Shown piece by piece: positions 8,288 through 19,838 of a stretch of DNA of 64,000 nt. Origin of the DNA: Alphaproteobacteria bacterium (GTDB lineage: Bacteria > Pseudomonadota > Alphaproteobacteria > SP197). Within the stretch, counting starts at the first letter, position 1, and the number at the start of each line of letters is the position of its first letter. The translations under genes were made by a program, and so were the position numbers. The DNA lies in NCBI GenBank assembly GCA_965228895.1, contig OZ245842.1, positions 2,784,001 to 2,848,000 on the forward strand, in the 5' to 3' direction. The notes beneath the pieces are model-generated. The model made no database searches, was not told the origin of the DNA, and saw nothing but the letters and a program-made list of their open reading frames with translations.

Positions 8288-10438
8288 ATGTCCCTTCGCC
8301 ACGTCGAAACTCGTCCGACACCCGCCAATTGCCGTGCCGATAGCCAGCTTCAGATCTGGGAAGCCGCCGGCAAGCGGTTTTTCGTTCTGACCCAAAAAGG
8401 CCGGTTTGCCGATATCTGCTACGACCACGGCCGCCTGCTGGCCAAGGAAATCGAGGACGGCGTGTTTCCGGAGATCCTGGCGACCATCGCCCACGATGTC
8501 GATGCCAGCCGCGACTTGGAAACGGGCACGATGGACAGTGTTCAGGGCGCGTTCTTCAACCGGCTCAGCAGCGACGTCTTGGAATCGTCCAGCAAGGAGT
8601 TTCGCGACGGCGTCGCCGCGCTGGCGGAAGGCTGTCTCGCCGAACTCTCCAACCCACTGTTCAACGCGGCGGCCGTTGAGCATGCCTGTGTCGCCATCGA
8701 TACAGGCAATGTCGCGACCGGTTTCAACCACTTGGTAGCCAATATGCCTGGCGCAAAGCGCACCGGACATTGGCTGCAGTACGCGGTGCTGGCCAACATC
8801 TTCGAGAAATCCGGCCGAAGCTACGACGAGATCGATGACGACGAGGATGAGGTCAAGGACAACACCGCCGCGCTTCGCAACCGCATGCGTAACACGCGTG
8901 GGCGACGCCGCGCTGGCATGGGTTGTACGGGATTGTGGTCAGGTCCCGACTCAACCGCGGACGGACGTGGCCTGCATGCCAGGAATTTCGACTGCGCCTT
9001 TTTTGCCTGGAACCGATACCCGGTTCTCCATCTGATTGACGAGACACCGGAAAACGGGTCGTGGCAGCGCTATACGGCCGTCGGCACTGCCGGGCTCGTG
9101 TATCCGGGCGGCATCAGTGGCGTCAACGAGGCCGGTATTGCTGTCTCTCTGCATCAGATGTCGACGGTGAATTTCACGGCCGGCGACAGCAGCGGCGACT
9201 TCGATGTCGCGCCCTATGTCCAGCAACGCATGCTGCGGGAAGCCAAAACGCTGGATGACGCCGTCGATATCGCGCGGTCGCGCAACCATTTCGCCTCGTG
9301 GACCATCCTGGTGAGCCATGCACCGTCAGGCAAGGCGTTGCGTATCGAGATGAACGGCGCCCGCGATGACGACAGCGGCGACCACATCAATCGGGTCGAA
9401 GCCAGCCCAGCGGCAGAACGTATGGTGCAGTCCAACCACTTTCTGTCCGAAGCCTTGAAGGAGCGTCACAATCTGCTCAACGATGCCCACTTTACCAAGA
9501 CCGTCGGCAAATGGATGGAAACCCGCGCCCGTCTCGCCACTGCCGAGGAACACCTGTCTGATGCCGCCGATGCCGGCGGGATCACAACACAATGGGCGCT
9601 CAACACGCTGGCCAATCACAACGATGATTCGCTCGACGGCGACCGGCGAAGCTTCGGGCGAACGATCTGCAAGTCCTACAGCCTGATGAGCAGCATTGCG
9701 CAGGCAGGCGCCGACCGTGCCAATCCGGACGACGAAATCTGGTTTACGCTCGGCGATCGCCTTCCCGGACCCCACTCGACTCTGGTCGGCTTTGCCATCG
9801 ATTGGGACGCTTTCTCGTTTGCGCCTGCCGGCACGCACGTGGCGGATTCTGCGCCACCGGCGGTCTTGTCCGCCATGGGTGACTACATCGACGCCTTCTC
9901 GTCCCATGATCGACCGCAGCGGCCCGACGGTGACTATGTCCGGCGCAGGCCGACCGAGACGGAGATGCAGGGCATTCGCCGCTTGTCGATTGCCGACTTG
10001 GACCGTGCGATTGAGACGCTCGAAGACGCCGGGGTCGTTGACCCGGTCTATCGCTACATTCGCGCCCGTCTGTGCCACGATACCGCGATGGCGGTGCCTG
10101 AGGACGTGCAGGCCGAGTTCCTGGAAAAAGCCGCCCGCGATTGGGCTTGGCTGCGTGAGCGTGCCGACAGCGACACCGTTGCGATGACCGATTGGGAACG
10201 CGCCTTGATCTACATCCTATCGGCCGCAACGAAGGCCGCGCTCAATCCCCTGGACCCAACCGCGCACGAGGAACTTCTGGAGAACGGTCACACCCTGCTC
10301 GAAGGTGTCGCGCACAGTCTGTTCGGCGATGGCGCGGTGCATCATGACATCAAGAACTGGCGCAAGGTCATCACCGCCATCGATGCCGACAGAGGCTTTG
10401 CAGACTTGCCGGGAATCGACTGGGTTACCGTCGAGTAA
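8288..10438 (+). CDS. C45-family autoproteolytic Ntn-hydrolase/acyltransferase with C-terminal helical extension
   Basis: YDHGRLL, G|CT nucleophile site (AGMGCTG), HARNFD, SGVNEAG, QSNHF. Confidence 0.8.
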   Translation: MSLRHVETRPTPANCRADSQLQIWEAAGKRFFVLTQKGRFADICYDHGRLLAKEIEDGVFPEILATIAHDVDASRDLETGTMDSVQGAFFNRLSSDVLESSSKEFRDGVAALAEGCLAELSNPLFNAAAVEHACVAIDTGNVATGFNHLVANMPGAKRTGHWLQYAVLANIFEKSGRSYDEIDDDEDEVKDNTAALRNRMRNTRGRRRAGMGCTGLWSGPDSTADGRGLHARNFDCAFFAWNRYPVLHLIDETPENGSWQRYTAVGTAGLVYPGGISGVNEAGIAVSLHQMSTVNFTAGDSSGDFDVAPYVQQRMLREAKTLDDAVDIARSRNHFASWTILVSHAPSGKALRIEMNGARDDDSGDHINRVEASPAAERMVQSNHFLSEALKERHNLLNDAHFTKTVGKWMETRARLATAEEHLSDAADAGGITTQWALNTLANHNDDSLDGDRRSFGRTICKSYSLMSSIAQAGADRANPDDEIWFTLGDRLPGPHSTLVGFAIDWDAFSFAPAGTHVADSAPPAVLSAMGDYIDAFSSHDRPQRPDGDYVRRRPTETEMQGIRRLSIADLDRAIETLEDAGVVDPVYRYIRARLCHDTAMAVPEDVQAEFLEKAARDWAWLRERADSDTVAMTDWERALIYILSAATKAALNPLDPTAHEELLENGHTLLEGVAHSLFGDGAVHHDIKNWRKVITAIDADRGFADLPGIDWVTVE

Positions 10439-10685
10439 GCACCCCATGACAGGCCATAACGACGGGCCAGCCGTCGGCCTTGGTTGTCGCGTTCAAGGAG
10501 CCAGAACTTCGGCCCTTAGGCCACCAAGGGCTGATCATACGGTGACACGACTATGGCCAGTGAGCCGGTGATCACGACACGCCAACCTGCAGCACTCTAC
10601 TTCCTGTGCGTCTCATAAATTGGTGACCGCGCCGCCTGACGCCGCTCTGAGACATGCCGGACCGGCGCGCTCACGCGCGTCGCCA

Positions 10686-11732
10686 TTACGCGTCCACGAA
10701 GCGCCATGAGAGCGTTTCGCCGGCTTGGAATGGCACGAGGCGGAGGTCACCGCTTCCCACGACATCAGGCACATCGTGGGGCTCCCGGCGCAATGTCACC
10801 GTCTCCTCGTTCAACGGCAGCCCGTAGAATGTCGGACCAAACTCCGAAGCGAAGGCTTCCAGCCGATCAAGCGCGCCTTCCTCATCAAAGGTCTGGGCAT
10901 AGCTTTCCAGCGCGAAGGGCGCGCTGAAAATGCCGGCGCAGCCGCAGTCGGATTCTTTCTCTTGCTTTGGGTGAGGCGCGGAATCGGTGCCCAGGAAGAA
11001 TTTCGGGTTACCCGACACCGCGGCCTTGCGCAGCGCCTGGCGATGCCGGCGGCGCTTGGCGACCGGTAGGCAATAAGCGTGAGGCCTGATCCCGCCGTCG
11101 AACATGGCGTTGCGATCGATGCGCAGATGATGCGCGGTGATGGTGGCGGCAAGGTTCGGCCCCGCCGCCTCGACGAAGGCGACCGAGTCTTCGGTCGTGA
11201 TGTGCTCCAGGACCACCTTGAGCGCCGGGAAGTCGGCGAGCACCGGCGCCAGCACCTTTTCCAGAAACACCGCCTCGCGATCGAAGATATCGATGTCGGG
11301 CGAGACGACCTCGCCATGGATCAGAAGCGGCATGCCGATCGCTTCCATGCGCTCCAGTACCGCGTGGATATGACGTACATCCGTCACGCCCGATGCGGAA
11401 TTGGTCGTGGCGCCGGCCGGGTAGAGCTTGCAGGCAGTAAAGACGCCGTTCTGAAACCCCGTCTCAATCTCGTCCGGGTCGATCTCATCGGTGAGGTAGG
11501 CGGTCATCAACGGCGTGAAGTCGCGCCCTGCCGGTAGTGCAGCCAGGACGCGATCGCGGTAGGCGGTCGCGGCGGCGACCGTCGTGACCGGCGGCACCAG
11601 GTTGGGCATGACAATGGCCCGCGCGAACTGACGCGCGGTCAGGTCGGCGGCAAAGGTCAGCATGGCCCCGTCGCGCAGATGCACATGCCAGTCGTCCGGT
11701 CGGCGCAGGGTGAGCGTGTCACCCCCCGTCAT
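10686..11732 (-). CDS. pyrC: Dihydroorotase (type II)
   Basis: [37 protein letters not shown]. Confidence 0.97.
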   Translation of the reverse strand: MTGGDTLTLRRPDDWHVHLRDGAMLTFAADLTARQFARAIVMPNLVPPVTTVAAATAYRDRVLAALPAGRDFTPLMTAYLTDEIDPDEIETGFQNGVFTACKLYPAGATTNSASGVTDVRHIHAVLERMEAIGMPLLIHGEVVSPDIDIFDREAVFLEKVLAPVLADFPALKVVLEHITTEDSVAFVEAAGPNLAATITAHHLRIDRNAMFDGGIRPHAYCLPVAKRRRHRQALRKAAVSGNPKFFLGTDSAPHPKQEKESDCGCAGIFSAPFALESYAQTFDEEGALDRLEAFASEFGPTFYGLPLNEETVTLRREPHDVPDVVGSGDLRLVPFQAGETLSWRFVDA

Positions 11733-11784
11733 CGGGCCTGCCTCGTATCCTTAAGACCGCCTGTCACATCCACACCCCAGCCCA

Positions 11785-11919
11785 ATCGACCCGTCGGGTT
11801 CAACGGGCTAAAAAAGCCCGTGAACGACACCCTGCTTACACAAGCAGACCGGCTCTGCCTATGGTTTGTGGTGGAAATCGGACAGATTGGCGTCGACAGC
11901 GGCTTAGCGACGGGTCGAT
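11785..11919. other. Structured intergenic element closed by a perfect 12-bp inverted repeat, upstream of pyrC
   Basis: ATCGACCCGTCG (11785-11796) and CGACGGGTCGAT (11908-11919); internal hairpins at 11798-11825 and 11832-11847. Confidence 0.55.
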
Positions 11920-11929
11920 CGCCGTCAGG

Positions 11930-12448
11930 CTAGTCGGCGCTGCTCCGCGTCACGTGTTGACGGAACACCGCTTCCAGATTCTCGCTGGTGTTGTCGCCGA
12001 CCAGCACGTCGCGCCGGTTGCCCTCGGCATCGAACAGCAGCAGGGTGACATGATTGACGTTGTGGACGGCGGCAAGCTGGCGGCCGTCCTGGCGGGTGAT
12101 ATCGGCGATCAGGTACTGCAGCTCGCCCGCGTCGAACGCCGCCATCGCATCGCGCGTTTCGCTTTGCAGCGCCACACATCGCGGGCATTGGGGATCATGA
12201 ATTTGAACGACCGAGGGTATACCGTTGCCGATTTGGGAGAGGTCGTGCTCCCTGATCGTCGCGCGAACATCCTGGATCAGATACCAGCCACCGCCGCCCG
12301 CGACCGCAGCCAGCAAACCGCCATTGCGAATTTTCCGCAAGACATCACGCCTGCTGGTTTTCGCCGGCGTCTCCTCGGTGCTGGAATCAACGGCGACGTT
12401 GGTCTGCTTCTTGGCCGGGCGTTTGGCTTTGCGTTTCTGCTTCTTCAT
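11930..12448 (-). CDS. Membrane-anchored thioredoxin-like protein
   Basis: SRRDVL twin-arginine-like motif, hydrophobic stretch, HDPQCPRC CxxC. Confidence 0.7.
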   Translation of the reverse strand: MKKQKRKAKRPAKKQTNVAVDSSTEETPAKTSRRDVLRKIRNGGLLAAVAGGGGWYLIQDVRATIREHDLSQIGNGIPSVVQIHDPQCPRCVALQSETRDAMAAFDAGELQYLIADITRQDGRQLAAVHNVNHVTLLLFDAEGNRRDVLVGDNTSENLEAVFRQHVTRSSAD

Positions 12449-12620
12449 CGCGTGCGGCTACCCCGTTCGAAATGTCGACGCATAGCCGATCGCCACCTCA
12501 CCAAAGCTGGCGGCGGAACAACAGCCACGCGTAACGGCGAATAGTGAAGGACGCTACGGGAGCTGAGAAGTTGCCTTCACGCACACGTGTGCGTGGTTTA
12601 TCGCTCAGATTGGGCGCCTC

Positions 12621-14183
12621 TCACTCCCACTCGATCGTACCCGGCGGTTTCGACGTGATGTCATAGGTCACCCGGTTGATGCCGCGTACCTCGTTGACGA
12701 TACGGTTGGCGACGCGGCCCAAAAATTCATGATCGAAGGGGTAGTAGTCGGCGGTCATGCCGTCGGTCGAGGTGACGGCGCGTAGCGCGCAGACGAATTC
12801 ATAGGTGCGGTCGTCGCCCATGACGCCGACGGTGCGCACCGGCAAGAGCACGGCGAAGGCCTGCCAGATGGCGTCGTAGAGGCCAGCGTTGCGCATCTCC
12901 TCGATATAGATCGCGTCGGCCTTCCTCAGGATCTCCAGCTTGTCGCGGCTGATCGCGCCGGGAATGCGGATGGCCAGCCCCGGACCCGGAAACGGGTGGC
13001 GGCCGACCAGGGTCTCCGGCAGGCCGAGCTCGCGGCCCAAGTCGCGCACCTCGTCCTTGAAGAGTTCACGCAACGGCTCGACCAGCTTCATGTTCATGCG
13101 CTCGGGCAGGCCGCCGACATTGTGGTGCGACTTGATGGTGATCGACGGGCCGCCGTGGAACGACACGGACTCGATGACATCGGGATAGAGCGTGCCCTGC
13201 CCCAGAAACTCCACGCCGCCGATCTTTTTGGCCTCTTCCTCGAAGACTTCGATGAACGTCGCGCCGATGATCTTGCGTTTCTGTTCGGGATCGTCGACGC
13301 CGTCGAGCTTGCCCAGGAAGAGGTCGCTGGCGTCGCGCGCGATGAGCGGGATGTTGTAGTGGCCGCGGAAGACGCTCTCGACCTCGTCCGCCTCACCGGC
13401 GCGCAGCAGGCCATGATCGACGAAGACGCAGGTCAACTGATCGCCGATCGCCTCATGCACCAGGACCGCGGCGACGGAGCTGTCGACGCCGCCGGAAAGA
13501 CCCATGATCACCTTGCCGGCGCCGACCTGGTCGCGAATTGTCTCGACCGCCTGCTGACGGAACGCGGCCATCGACCAGTCGCCGGCGCAGCCGGCGATAT
13601 CGCGCACGAAGTTCGCCAGCAGTTTTGCGCCATCCGGCGTGTGGGCGACCTCCGGGTGAAACTGGACCGCATAGAGACGGCGGGCTTCGTCGGCGATGGC
13701 GGCAAACGGCGCGCCGTCGGATATGGCGACAACGGAAAATCCGTCCGGCAGTTTGGTGACGCGGTCGCCGTGGGACATCCAGACCTGTTCGCGATCGCCG
13801 ACCTGCCAGACGCCCTTGAAGAGCGCGCAGTCGGCGGTGACCTCGACAAAAGCGCGGCCGAACTCCCGATGGTCGGAGGTCTGGACCTCGCCGCCCAGTT
13901 CCGCGCACATGGTCTGCTCGCCATAACAGATGCCGAATACCGGGACACCCAGATCGAACACGACATGGGGCACGGCCGGCGCCTCGTCCCACATGACCGA
14001 GGACGGACCGCCGGACAGGATGATGCCCTTGGCGCCGAAATCGCGGATACGCGCGTCGTCGACCGTGCACGGCAGGATCTCGCAGTAAACGCCGGCTTCG
14101 CGCACGCGGCGCGCAATGAGCTGGGTGACCTGCGAGCCGAAGTCGAGGATCAGGATCTGTTCGTCATGTCGCGTCTCAGTCAC
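12621..14183 (-). CDS. guaA: GMP synthase (glutamine-hydrolysing)
   Basis: [32 protein letters not shown]. Confidence 0.98.
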   Translation of the reverse strand: MTETRHDEQILILDFGSQVTQLIARRVREAGVYCEILPCTVDDARIRDFGAKGIILSGGPSSVMWDEAPAVPHVVFDLGVPVFGICYGEQTMCAELGGEVQTSDHREFGRAFVEVTADCALFKGVWQVGDREQVWMSHGDRVTKLPDGFSVVAISDGAPFAAIADEARRLYAVQFHPEVAHTPDGAKLLANFVRDIAGCAGDWSMAAFRQQAVETIRDQVGAGKVIMGLSGGVDSSVAAVLVHEAIGDQLTCVFVDHGLLRAGEADEVESVFRGHYNIPLIARDASDLFLGKLDGVDDPEQKRKIIGATFIEVFEEEAKKIGGVEFLGQGTLYPDVIESVSFHGGPSITIKSHHNVGGLPERMNMKLVEPLRELFKDEVRDLGRELGLPETLVGRHPFPGPGLAIRIPGAISRDKLEILRKADAIYIEEMRNAGLYDAIWQAFAVLLPVRTVGVMGDDRTYEFVCALRAVTSTDGMTADYYPFDHEFLGRVANRIVNEVRGINRVTYDITSKPPGTIEWE

Positions 14184-14184
14184 G

Positions 14185-14601
14185 TTACCCCTTTCTGATG
14201 CCTTTCAATTCAATCGTGTTGCCGTCGGGATCCTGGATGTAGATCGACGGACCCATGCCGTGGGCGCCGTAGCGGTCGCCGCTTTCGCTCACATCGATGC
14301 CGTGCTTGGCCAGATGTTCGCGCAGCGCGGCTTCGTCGAAGGGTTCGACGGAGACGCAGATATGGTCGACATTGCGACCTTCTTTGCCAGGGCCTACACC
14401 TCCGGCCTTGCCGAGCTTGCCGTCGAGGGTCACGAGATCGATCAAGGCTCGACCCACGCGCATATGGTAGAGGCCGAAGGCCTCGTTCTCGCGCTCGACC
14501 GGGCAGCCGAGGACATCGCGGTAGAAAGCGATCGACCGCTCGATGTCGCGGACCCTGAAAACGACGTGGTCCATCTCAAGAATGTCAAACGGCGCGGACA
14601 T
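14185..14601 (-). CDS. VOC/glyoxalase family protein
   Basis: DHVVFRVRD...[18 protein letters not shown]. Confidence 0.9.
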   Translation of the reverse strand: MSAPFDILEMDHVVFRVRDIERSIAFYRDVLGCPVERENEAFGLYHMRVGRALIDLVTLDGKLGKAGGVGPGKEGRNVDHICVSVEPFDEAALREHLAKHGIDVSESGDRYGAHGMGPSIYIQDPDGNTIELKGIRKG

Positions 14602-14616
14602 AATCTTGTTTCTCCA

Positions 14617-15156
14617 TCATCTGTTGCGTTCGTTGAGTCGCCAGCCATAGGCGAGTTCATCAAGCATGACGCCGGCAAACCGCTCGCGACGGCGTGCGAT
14701 CAGCCGGCCGCCCATGGCTTCATAGAAGAAACGTGTGGGGTTGGCTTCCAGCACCCACAAGATGACGTTGAGCAGCCGGTTCCGCCGCAACAGGTCGAAA
14801 AGGCCCTCCAGCAGCCGGCGGCCCAAACCCTGACCGTGCCAGTCCGGCAGCAGGTAGAGCGTATAGATTTCGCCATTCCAATCGCTATCGGCGGGCAACC
14901 CGTCGGCGCGCGCCGTGCCCGCATTGCCGAAGCCAATCACACCGGCGTCCACGTCCTCGGCCACCAGGGTCATGCCCTGATCGCGGCGCGACAGGATACC
15001 GCTCCAGAACCGGGCACGATCCGGGATCGACAGACCGGTCAGATAGGCATCGGGCAAGACGCCCGCATAGGTGCTGCGCCATGTCTCGACATGAATGAAA
15101 GCGATGGCCTTGGCGTCGGCGGGGCCGGCTGGCCTGATGGTCGCCGCCCCGATCAG
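14617..15156 (-). CDS. GNAT acetyltransferase (probable non-canonical CTG start overlapping the guaB stop)
   Basis: [26 protein letters not shown]-terminus; [10 protein letters not shown] acetyl-CoA motif; [11 protein letters not shown]. Confidence 0.8.
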   Translation of the reverse strand: MIGAATIRPAGPADAKAIAFIHVETWRSTYAGVLPDAYLTGLSIPDRARFWSGILSRRDQGMTLVAEDVDAGVIGFGNAGTARADGLPADSDWNGEIYTLYLLPDWHGQGLGRRLLEGLFDLLRRNRLLNVILWVLEANPTRFFYEAMGGRLIARRRERFAGVMLDELAYGWRLNERNR

Positions 15157-16622
15157 GTTTCAGACTGATAGTTGGGGGCGTCGCGCTGGATCGTGACGCC
15201 GTGAATGTGCGATTCGCGCAGGCCCGAGTTGGTGATGCGCACGAACTGGCAGCCCTGGCGCATGTCGTCGAGCGTGCCGTTGCCGGTGTAACCCATCGAC
15301 GAGCGGAGCCCACCGACCAGTTGGTGGACAACGTAGTGAGCCGGACCTTTGTAGGGCACACGTCCTTCGATGCCTTCGGGCACCATCTTGACGACGTCTT
15401 TGATGTCCTGCTGGAAGTAGCGGTCCGCCGAGCCGCGCGCCATGGCGCCCAGCGAACCCATGCCGCGATACTGCTTGTAGCTGCGACCGCCGAACAGAAA
15501 GACCTCGCCCGGGCTTTCGTCGGTGCCGGCAAGAAGCGAGCCGATCATCGCGCAATTGGCACCCGCGGCGATCGCCTTGGCGAGATCGCCGGAATACTTG
15601 ATGCCGCCATCGGCGACGACCGGCGTGTCGCTCTTCGCCGCCTCCTCGACCACGTCCATGATCGCGGTTAGCTGCGGCACACCGACGCCCGCCACCACGC
15701 GCGTGGTGCAGATCGAGCCCGGCCCGATGCCGACCTTGACCGCATCGGCGCCCTGGTCGATCAGCATCTTCGCGCCTTCCGCCGTCGCGATGTTGCCGGC
15801 CAGCACCTGGGTATAGTTCGAAAGCCCCTTGATGCGCGCGATGGCGTCCATCACACCCTGGCTATGGCCGTGCGCGGTATCGACCACAATCACATCGGCG
15901 CCGGCATCGATCAGCGCCTCGGCGCGCGCGAACCCGTCATCGCCGACGCCCGATGCAGCGCCGACCCTGAGCCGGCCCTGCTCGTCCTTGCACGAATTGG
16001 GATGCGACTGCGCCTTCTCGATATCCTTGACGGTGATCAGACCGATGCAGCGTCCGTCGTCGTCGACCACGAGAAGCTTCTCGATTCGGTGCTGGTGCAG
16101 CAGCCGCTTGGCCTCGTCATGGCTGGCGCCTTCCTTGACCGTGATCAAGTTGTCCCGGGTCATCAGGTCACGGACCGGCTGGGCGCGGTCGGTGGCGAAA
16201 CGCACGTCGCGGTGGGTCAGAATGCCGACCAGCTTGCCACCTAGCTTGCTTCCCTGGCCGTCGACCACGGGGATGCCGGAGATGCTATGCGTTTCCATCA
16301 GGTCGAGCGCGTCGGCCAGCGGCGCGTCCGGCCCGATGGTCACCGGGTTGACCACCATGCCCGACTCGAATTTCTTGACCCGGCGGACCTCGTTGGCCTG
16401 CTGCTCGGCGGTCAGGTTCTTGTGGATAATGCCGATGCCGCCGTTCTGCGCCATGGCGATCGCCATCGGCGCCTCGGTCACGGTGTCCATGGCCGCGGAG
16501 ATCAGCGGAATACCCAGTTCGACCGTCTTGGTCAGACGGGTCGCGGTTTGGACGGAATTGGGAAGAATCTGGGAGTAGGCAGGGACCAGCGAAACGTCAT
16601 CAAATGTCAGGGCTTCGCGCAT
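15153..16622 (-). CDS. guaB: IMP dehydrogenase
   Basis: [17 protein letters not shown] pair, [16 protein letters not shown]; GAGG RBS before ATG 16622. Confidence 0.98.
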   Translation of the reverse strand: MREALTFDDVSLVPAYSQILPNSVQTATRLTKTVELGIPLISAAMDTVTEAPMAIAMAQNGGIGIIHKNLTAEQQANEVRRVKKFESGMVVNPVTIGPDAPLADALDLMETHSISGIPVVDGQGSKLGGKLVGILTHRDVRFATDRAQPVRDLMTRDNLITVKEGASHDEAKRLLHQHRIEKLLVVDDDGRCIGLITVKDIEKAQSHPNSCKDEQGRLRVGAASGVGDDGFARAEALIDAGADVIVVDTAHGHSQGVMDAIARIKGLSNYTQVLAGNIATAEGAKMLIDQGADAVKVGIGPGSICTTRVVAGVGVPQLTAIMDVVEEAAKSDTPVVADGGIKYSGDLAKAIAAGANCAMIGSLLAGTDESPGEVFLFGGRSYKQYRGMGSLGAMARGSADRYFQQDIKDVVKMVPEGIEGRVPYKGPAHYVVHQLVGGLRSSMGYTGNGTLDDMRQGCQFVRITNSGLRESHIHGVTIQRDAPNYQSET

Positions 16623-16750
16623 GTCCTCACCACCTCGTTGTTTTGAAGTGGCGCGATCAACTATCACGAAATGGCCGGGAGTCAAAGGCGGAACGAGTCA
16701 TGGCTGCCATGTGACCCTGCCGAACGCACCGCAGCATGCCTGATGCCAAG

Positions 16751-16785
16751 AAAAAGGGCGGGACACCGTAGCGCCCCGCCCTCTT
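16751..16785 (-). terminator. Intrinsic terminator after PotD-like gene
   Basis: Minus strand GGGCGGGGC...GTCCCGCCC followed by a T run. Confidence 0.7.
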
Positions 16786-16809
16786 GACCAATGAGCCAAT
16801 CAATGGCGG

Positions 16810-17955
16810 TCACATACCGGCCTTGACCTCTTCGTACATGGCCTGCAGTTCGGGCTCGTTCTGGATGGTCGCCTGGAAGATACCGCCGGCAATGTAGCCT
16901 TCGATATCGTCGGGCGGCAGACCCCGGTTGGACAGTTCTTCGGCCGAGAACCGCTCGTAGGACTTGATGTTCGAGTGGCCCATGCCGTAGGTGCTGATCC
17001 AGTACTCGCCGGTGTCCGGTGACAGGAACGCGTCGATCAGATCATAAGCGCGCTGCTCTTTTTCCGGTGGCACCGAGTTCATCAAGGTGATGCCGCAGGT
17101 CCAGGTCATTGGGCCTTCCTTCGGATTCATGAAGGCGACCGGAACGCCCTGCTCGCTGAGCTGAAGCGGAGTCGAGTTCCACGATGCCGCGGCAATCAGC
17201 TCACCGGAGGCTAGCGCCTGCTCCCAACTCGTCGTGTCGTTGGTATAGAAGCGCAACAGAGGTCGCTGCTCCTGCATGAGCTTTTGCGTCACTTCGACTT
17301 CTTCCGGCGTCATGTTGAAGGGATCGGCGGCGCCGGAATAGATCGCCGCGACCATGACTCCGTCGATCAGGCTGTCGATCATGGAGAGGCGTCCGGCGTA
17401 CTTGGGATCCCACAGGATGCCCCAGGTGTGAGTCTCAGGATCGACGTACTCGGGCGCAAGATCGGTGCGGAAGGTGACGGAAGTTAAACCCCACCATGCG
17501 CAAATCATTTTGCGCTCACCATCGATCTCCATGTCCGGCACGCCCTGGAGGACCGGAATGACATCGGGCCAGTGGTTCAAGCGATCCGCGTCGATGGTCT
17601 TCAAGAGGCCCATGTCGTTCCATTTCTGGACCTTGTAGGAGCACGGCATCGCGACATCGGGCGCGAACCCGGCACGCATCTTGGCTTCGGCCTCTTCTTC
17701 ATCGCCCCAGTTCGAGAAGTTCGGCGATTCGCCATACTTGTCGATGTATTCTTGGTGCATCTCCGGCGCCTCGTAACCGGACCACGTGAACAACAGGATG
17801 TCGTCAGCGCCGGCGGCGCGCACGGCGCGCGACGACAGCGGCGCCACGGTCATGGCAAGACCGACGGAAGCCAGGCCCTTCTTGAAATCGCGCCGACTCA
17901 GGCGGCCGAACTTCATCGCGTCGACAAAACGCTCGATATCGCGTTTTGACTCCAT
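16810..17955 (-). CDS. PotD/PotF-like ABC substrate-binding protein, Tat signal
   Basis: LSRRDFK, FTWSGY, LWDPKYAGR, PKEG..TW. Confidence 0.85.
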   Translation of the reverse strand: MESKRDIERFVDAMKFGRLSRRDFKKGLASVGLAMTVAPLSSRAVRAAGADDILLFTWSGYEAPEMHQEYIDKYGESPNFSNWGDEEEAEAKMRAGFAPDVAMPCSYKVQKWNDMGLLKTIDADRLNHWPDVIPVLQGVPDMEIDGERKMICAWWGLTSVTFRTDLAPEYVDPETHTWGILWDPKYAGRLSMIDSLIDGVMVAAIYSGAADPFNMTPEEVEVTQKLMQEQRPLLRFYTNDTTSWEQALASGELIAAASWNSTPLQLSEQGVPVAFMNPKEGPMTWTCGITLMNSVPPEKEQRAYDLIDAFLSPDTGEYWISTYGMGHSNIKSYERFSAEELSNRGLPPDDIEGYIAGGIFQATIQNEPELQAMYEEVKAGM

Positions 17956-18075
17956 GATTGATCTCCCTTTTGCTTTGATTTGGTAGAGACGAAGGCACGG
18001 ACGGCCTTCCTCACACAAAACTATAGACCAATGGCGGCGCGTTACAACGCCATCCCAAAGCGCTTTAGTCGGGCT

Positions 18076-18765
18076 CTAGTCGGGGCGGAAGCCTTGCGCG
18101 ACCAAATAGATCTCGCGTGAGTCCTTGCGGCTCGCCTCCGGCTTGGCGTGGCCGACCTTCGCGAAGCGGCGCTTGATCTGGTTGAGCAGTTCGCCCTCCG
18201 TACCACCTTGGAGAACCTTGGCGACAAACGTGCCGCCCGGCGCCAGCAGGCCCTCGGCGATCGCCAGCGCGCTTTCGACCAGTCCCATGACACGCAAGTG
18301 GTCGGTCTGACGGTGACCGGTCGCCGGCGCGGCCATGTCCGAAAGCACCACATCGGCGGGCCCACCGAGCGCGTCGCGGATGGCTTTGATGCCTTCGGCC
18401 GACGTCGCGTCACCGATCAAGATTTCGGCACCGGCAATCGACTCGATCTCGTTGAGGTCGATGGCAACGACCTGGCCGCCAGGGCATCGCGCGACCGCGA
18501 CCTGGGTCCAACCGCCCGGCGCCGCGCCCAAGTCGACGACGCGGGCGTCGCGCTTCAAGAACTTGTAGCGGTCATCGAGTTGGATGAGTTTGTAAGCGGC
18601 GCGTGAGCGCCAGCCCTCGCGCTTGGCGCCCTCGACATAGGGGTCGTTCAGCTGGCGCTCGAGCCAGCGGGTCGACGACGACCGGCGCCCGCGCGCCGTC
18701 TTGACCCGTTTGGAGAGCGGCCGGCCGCCTTTTGGTTTGCCGCCGCCGCGCCGTCCACCGCTCAC
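18076..18765 (-). CDS. rlmE: 23S rRNA Um2552 methyltransferase RlmE (FtsJ)
   Basis: WLERQLNDPYV, RSRAAYKL, DLGAAPGGW, SDMA, KPEASR..S.E.Y; GTG start overlaps ppx stop. Confidence 0.96.
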   Translation of the reverse strand: MSGGRRGGGKPKGGRPLSKRVKTARGRRSSSTRWLERQLNDPYVEGAKREGWRSRAAYKLIQLDDRYKFLKRDARVVDLGAAPGGWTQVAVARCPGGQVVAIDLNEIESIAGAEILIGDATSAEGIKAIRDALGGPADVVLSDMAAPATGHRQTDHLRVMGLVESALAIAEGLLAPGGTFVAKVLQGGTEGELLNQIKRRFAKVGHAKPEASRKDSREIYLVAQGFRPD

Positions 18766-19838
18766 ATGCTCTGCCCCGATGTCGCCGCGGCACCGTTGCC
18801 GCGACGCTGACCATCGGAACCCTGGCGGTCGACATCCATCATGCCGAGCAGCATACCTTCGCGCAGGCCGCGGTCCGCAACGGACAGCCGGCCGACCGGC
18901 CACATGGAATGGACGGCGTCCAGAATGGCGCAACCAGCGACCACGAGGTCGGCGCGGTCGCGTCCGACACACGGCACCTTGCACCGGGCATCGTAGTCCA
19001 TGGCGACGAGTTCCCGGGTTGCCGCGGAGAGATCGCAGAAATCGAGCGCAATGCCGTCGACCCGCTTGCGGTCATACTGCGGCAAACGCAAGTGAATGCC
19101 GGCCAAGGTCGTCACGGTGCCCGACGTGCCAATCATCTGTACATCGCCACCGGCCATCAGATTGCCAAACCCATTCTCTGTCTCGAATGGGCAGAGGTGA
19201 TCGCTGACCTCCTCGATCATGTCGCTATAGATCTTTTCGTCGACGCTGTGGCCACCATGGGTCTCGGCCAGGGTGACGACCCCGCAGGGGACCGATTTCC
19301 AAGCCGTGACCTCGACCCTTCCGTCCGGCTCGACCGAGAGCCAGGAGATCTCTGTCGAGCCGCCGCCGATATCCAGGATAACGACGTGGCGCGCCCACGA
19401 CTCAATCAGCGGCTGGCAACCGACGATGGCGAGTTGAACCTCTTCATCCGGCGTGATGACTTCCAGCCCGATGCCGGTCTCGCGCGACACCCGCTCCAGG
19501 AAACCGTCGCCGTTGGCGGCGCGCCGGCAAGCCTCGGTCGCGACACAACGCGCCCGGCTGACACCGCGGCGGCGCATTTTGCCGGCGCAAACGTGAAGCG
19601 CTTCGATGGTGCGGTCGATGGCATCGTCGGACAGCCGGCCGCTGGCGTGCACGCCCTCGCCCAGGCGCACGATGCGCGAAAACGCATCGATGACGCGGAA
19701 ACCCTCGCGCGTCGGCCGCGCGACGAGCAACCTGCAGTTGTTCGTGCCCAGGTCAATCGCGGCGTAGGTCGTCGGCTGGCGTCGTCTTGGTTGCCTGCGT
19801 GGCCCCCTGCCGCGTCCATTGGTCCCAGAACCCACCAC
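18762..19838 (-). CDS. Ppx/GppA family phosphatase
   Basis: AIDLGTNNCRLL, ATEACR.A.N, DIGGGSTE, GLREG. Confidence 0.93.
   Translation of the reverse strand: MVGSGTNGRGRGPRRQPRRRQPTTYAAIDLGTNNCRLLVARPTREGFRVIDAFSRIVRLGEGVHASGRLSDDAIDRTIEALHVCAGKMRRRGVSRARCVATEACRRAANGDGFLERVSRETGIGLEVITPDEEVQLAIVGCQPLIESWARHVVILDIGGGSTEISWLSVEPDGRVEVTAWKSVPCGVVTLAETHGGHSVDEKIYSDMIEEVSDHLCPFETENGFGNLMAGGDVQMIGTSGTVTTLAGIHLRLPQYDRKRVDGIALDFCDLSAATRELVAMDYDARCKVPCVGRDRADLVVAGCAILDAVHSMWPVGRLSVADRGLREGMLLGMMDVDRQGSDGQRRGNGAAATSGQSM

Noticed and set aside
10439-10685. Intergenic region with a short hairpin
   Set aside because: No recognisable RNA family or convincing ORF; probably a terminator region between convergent genes
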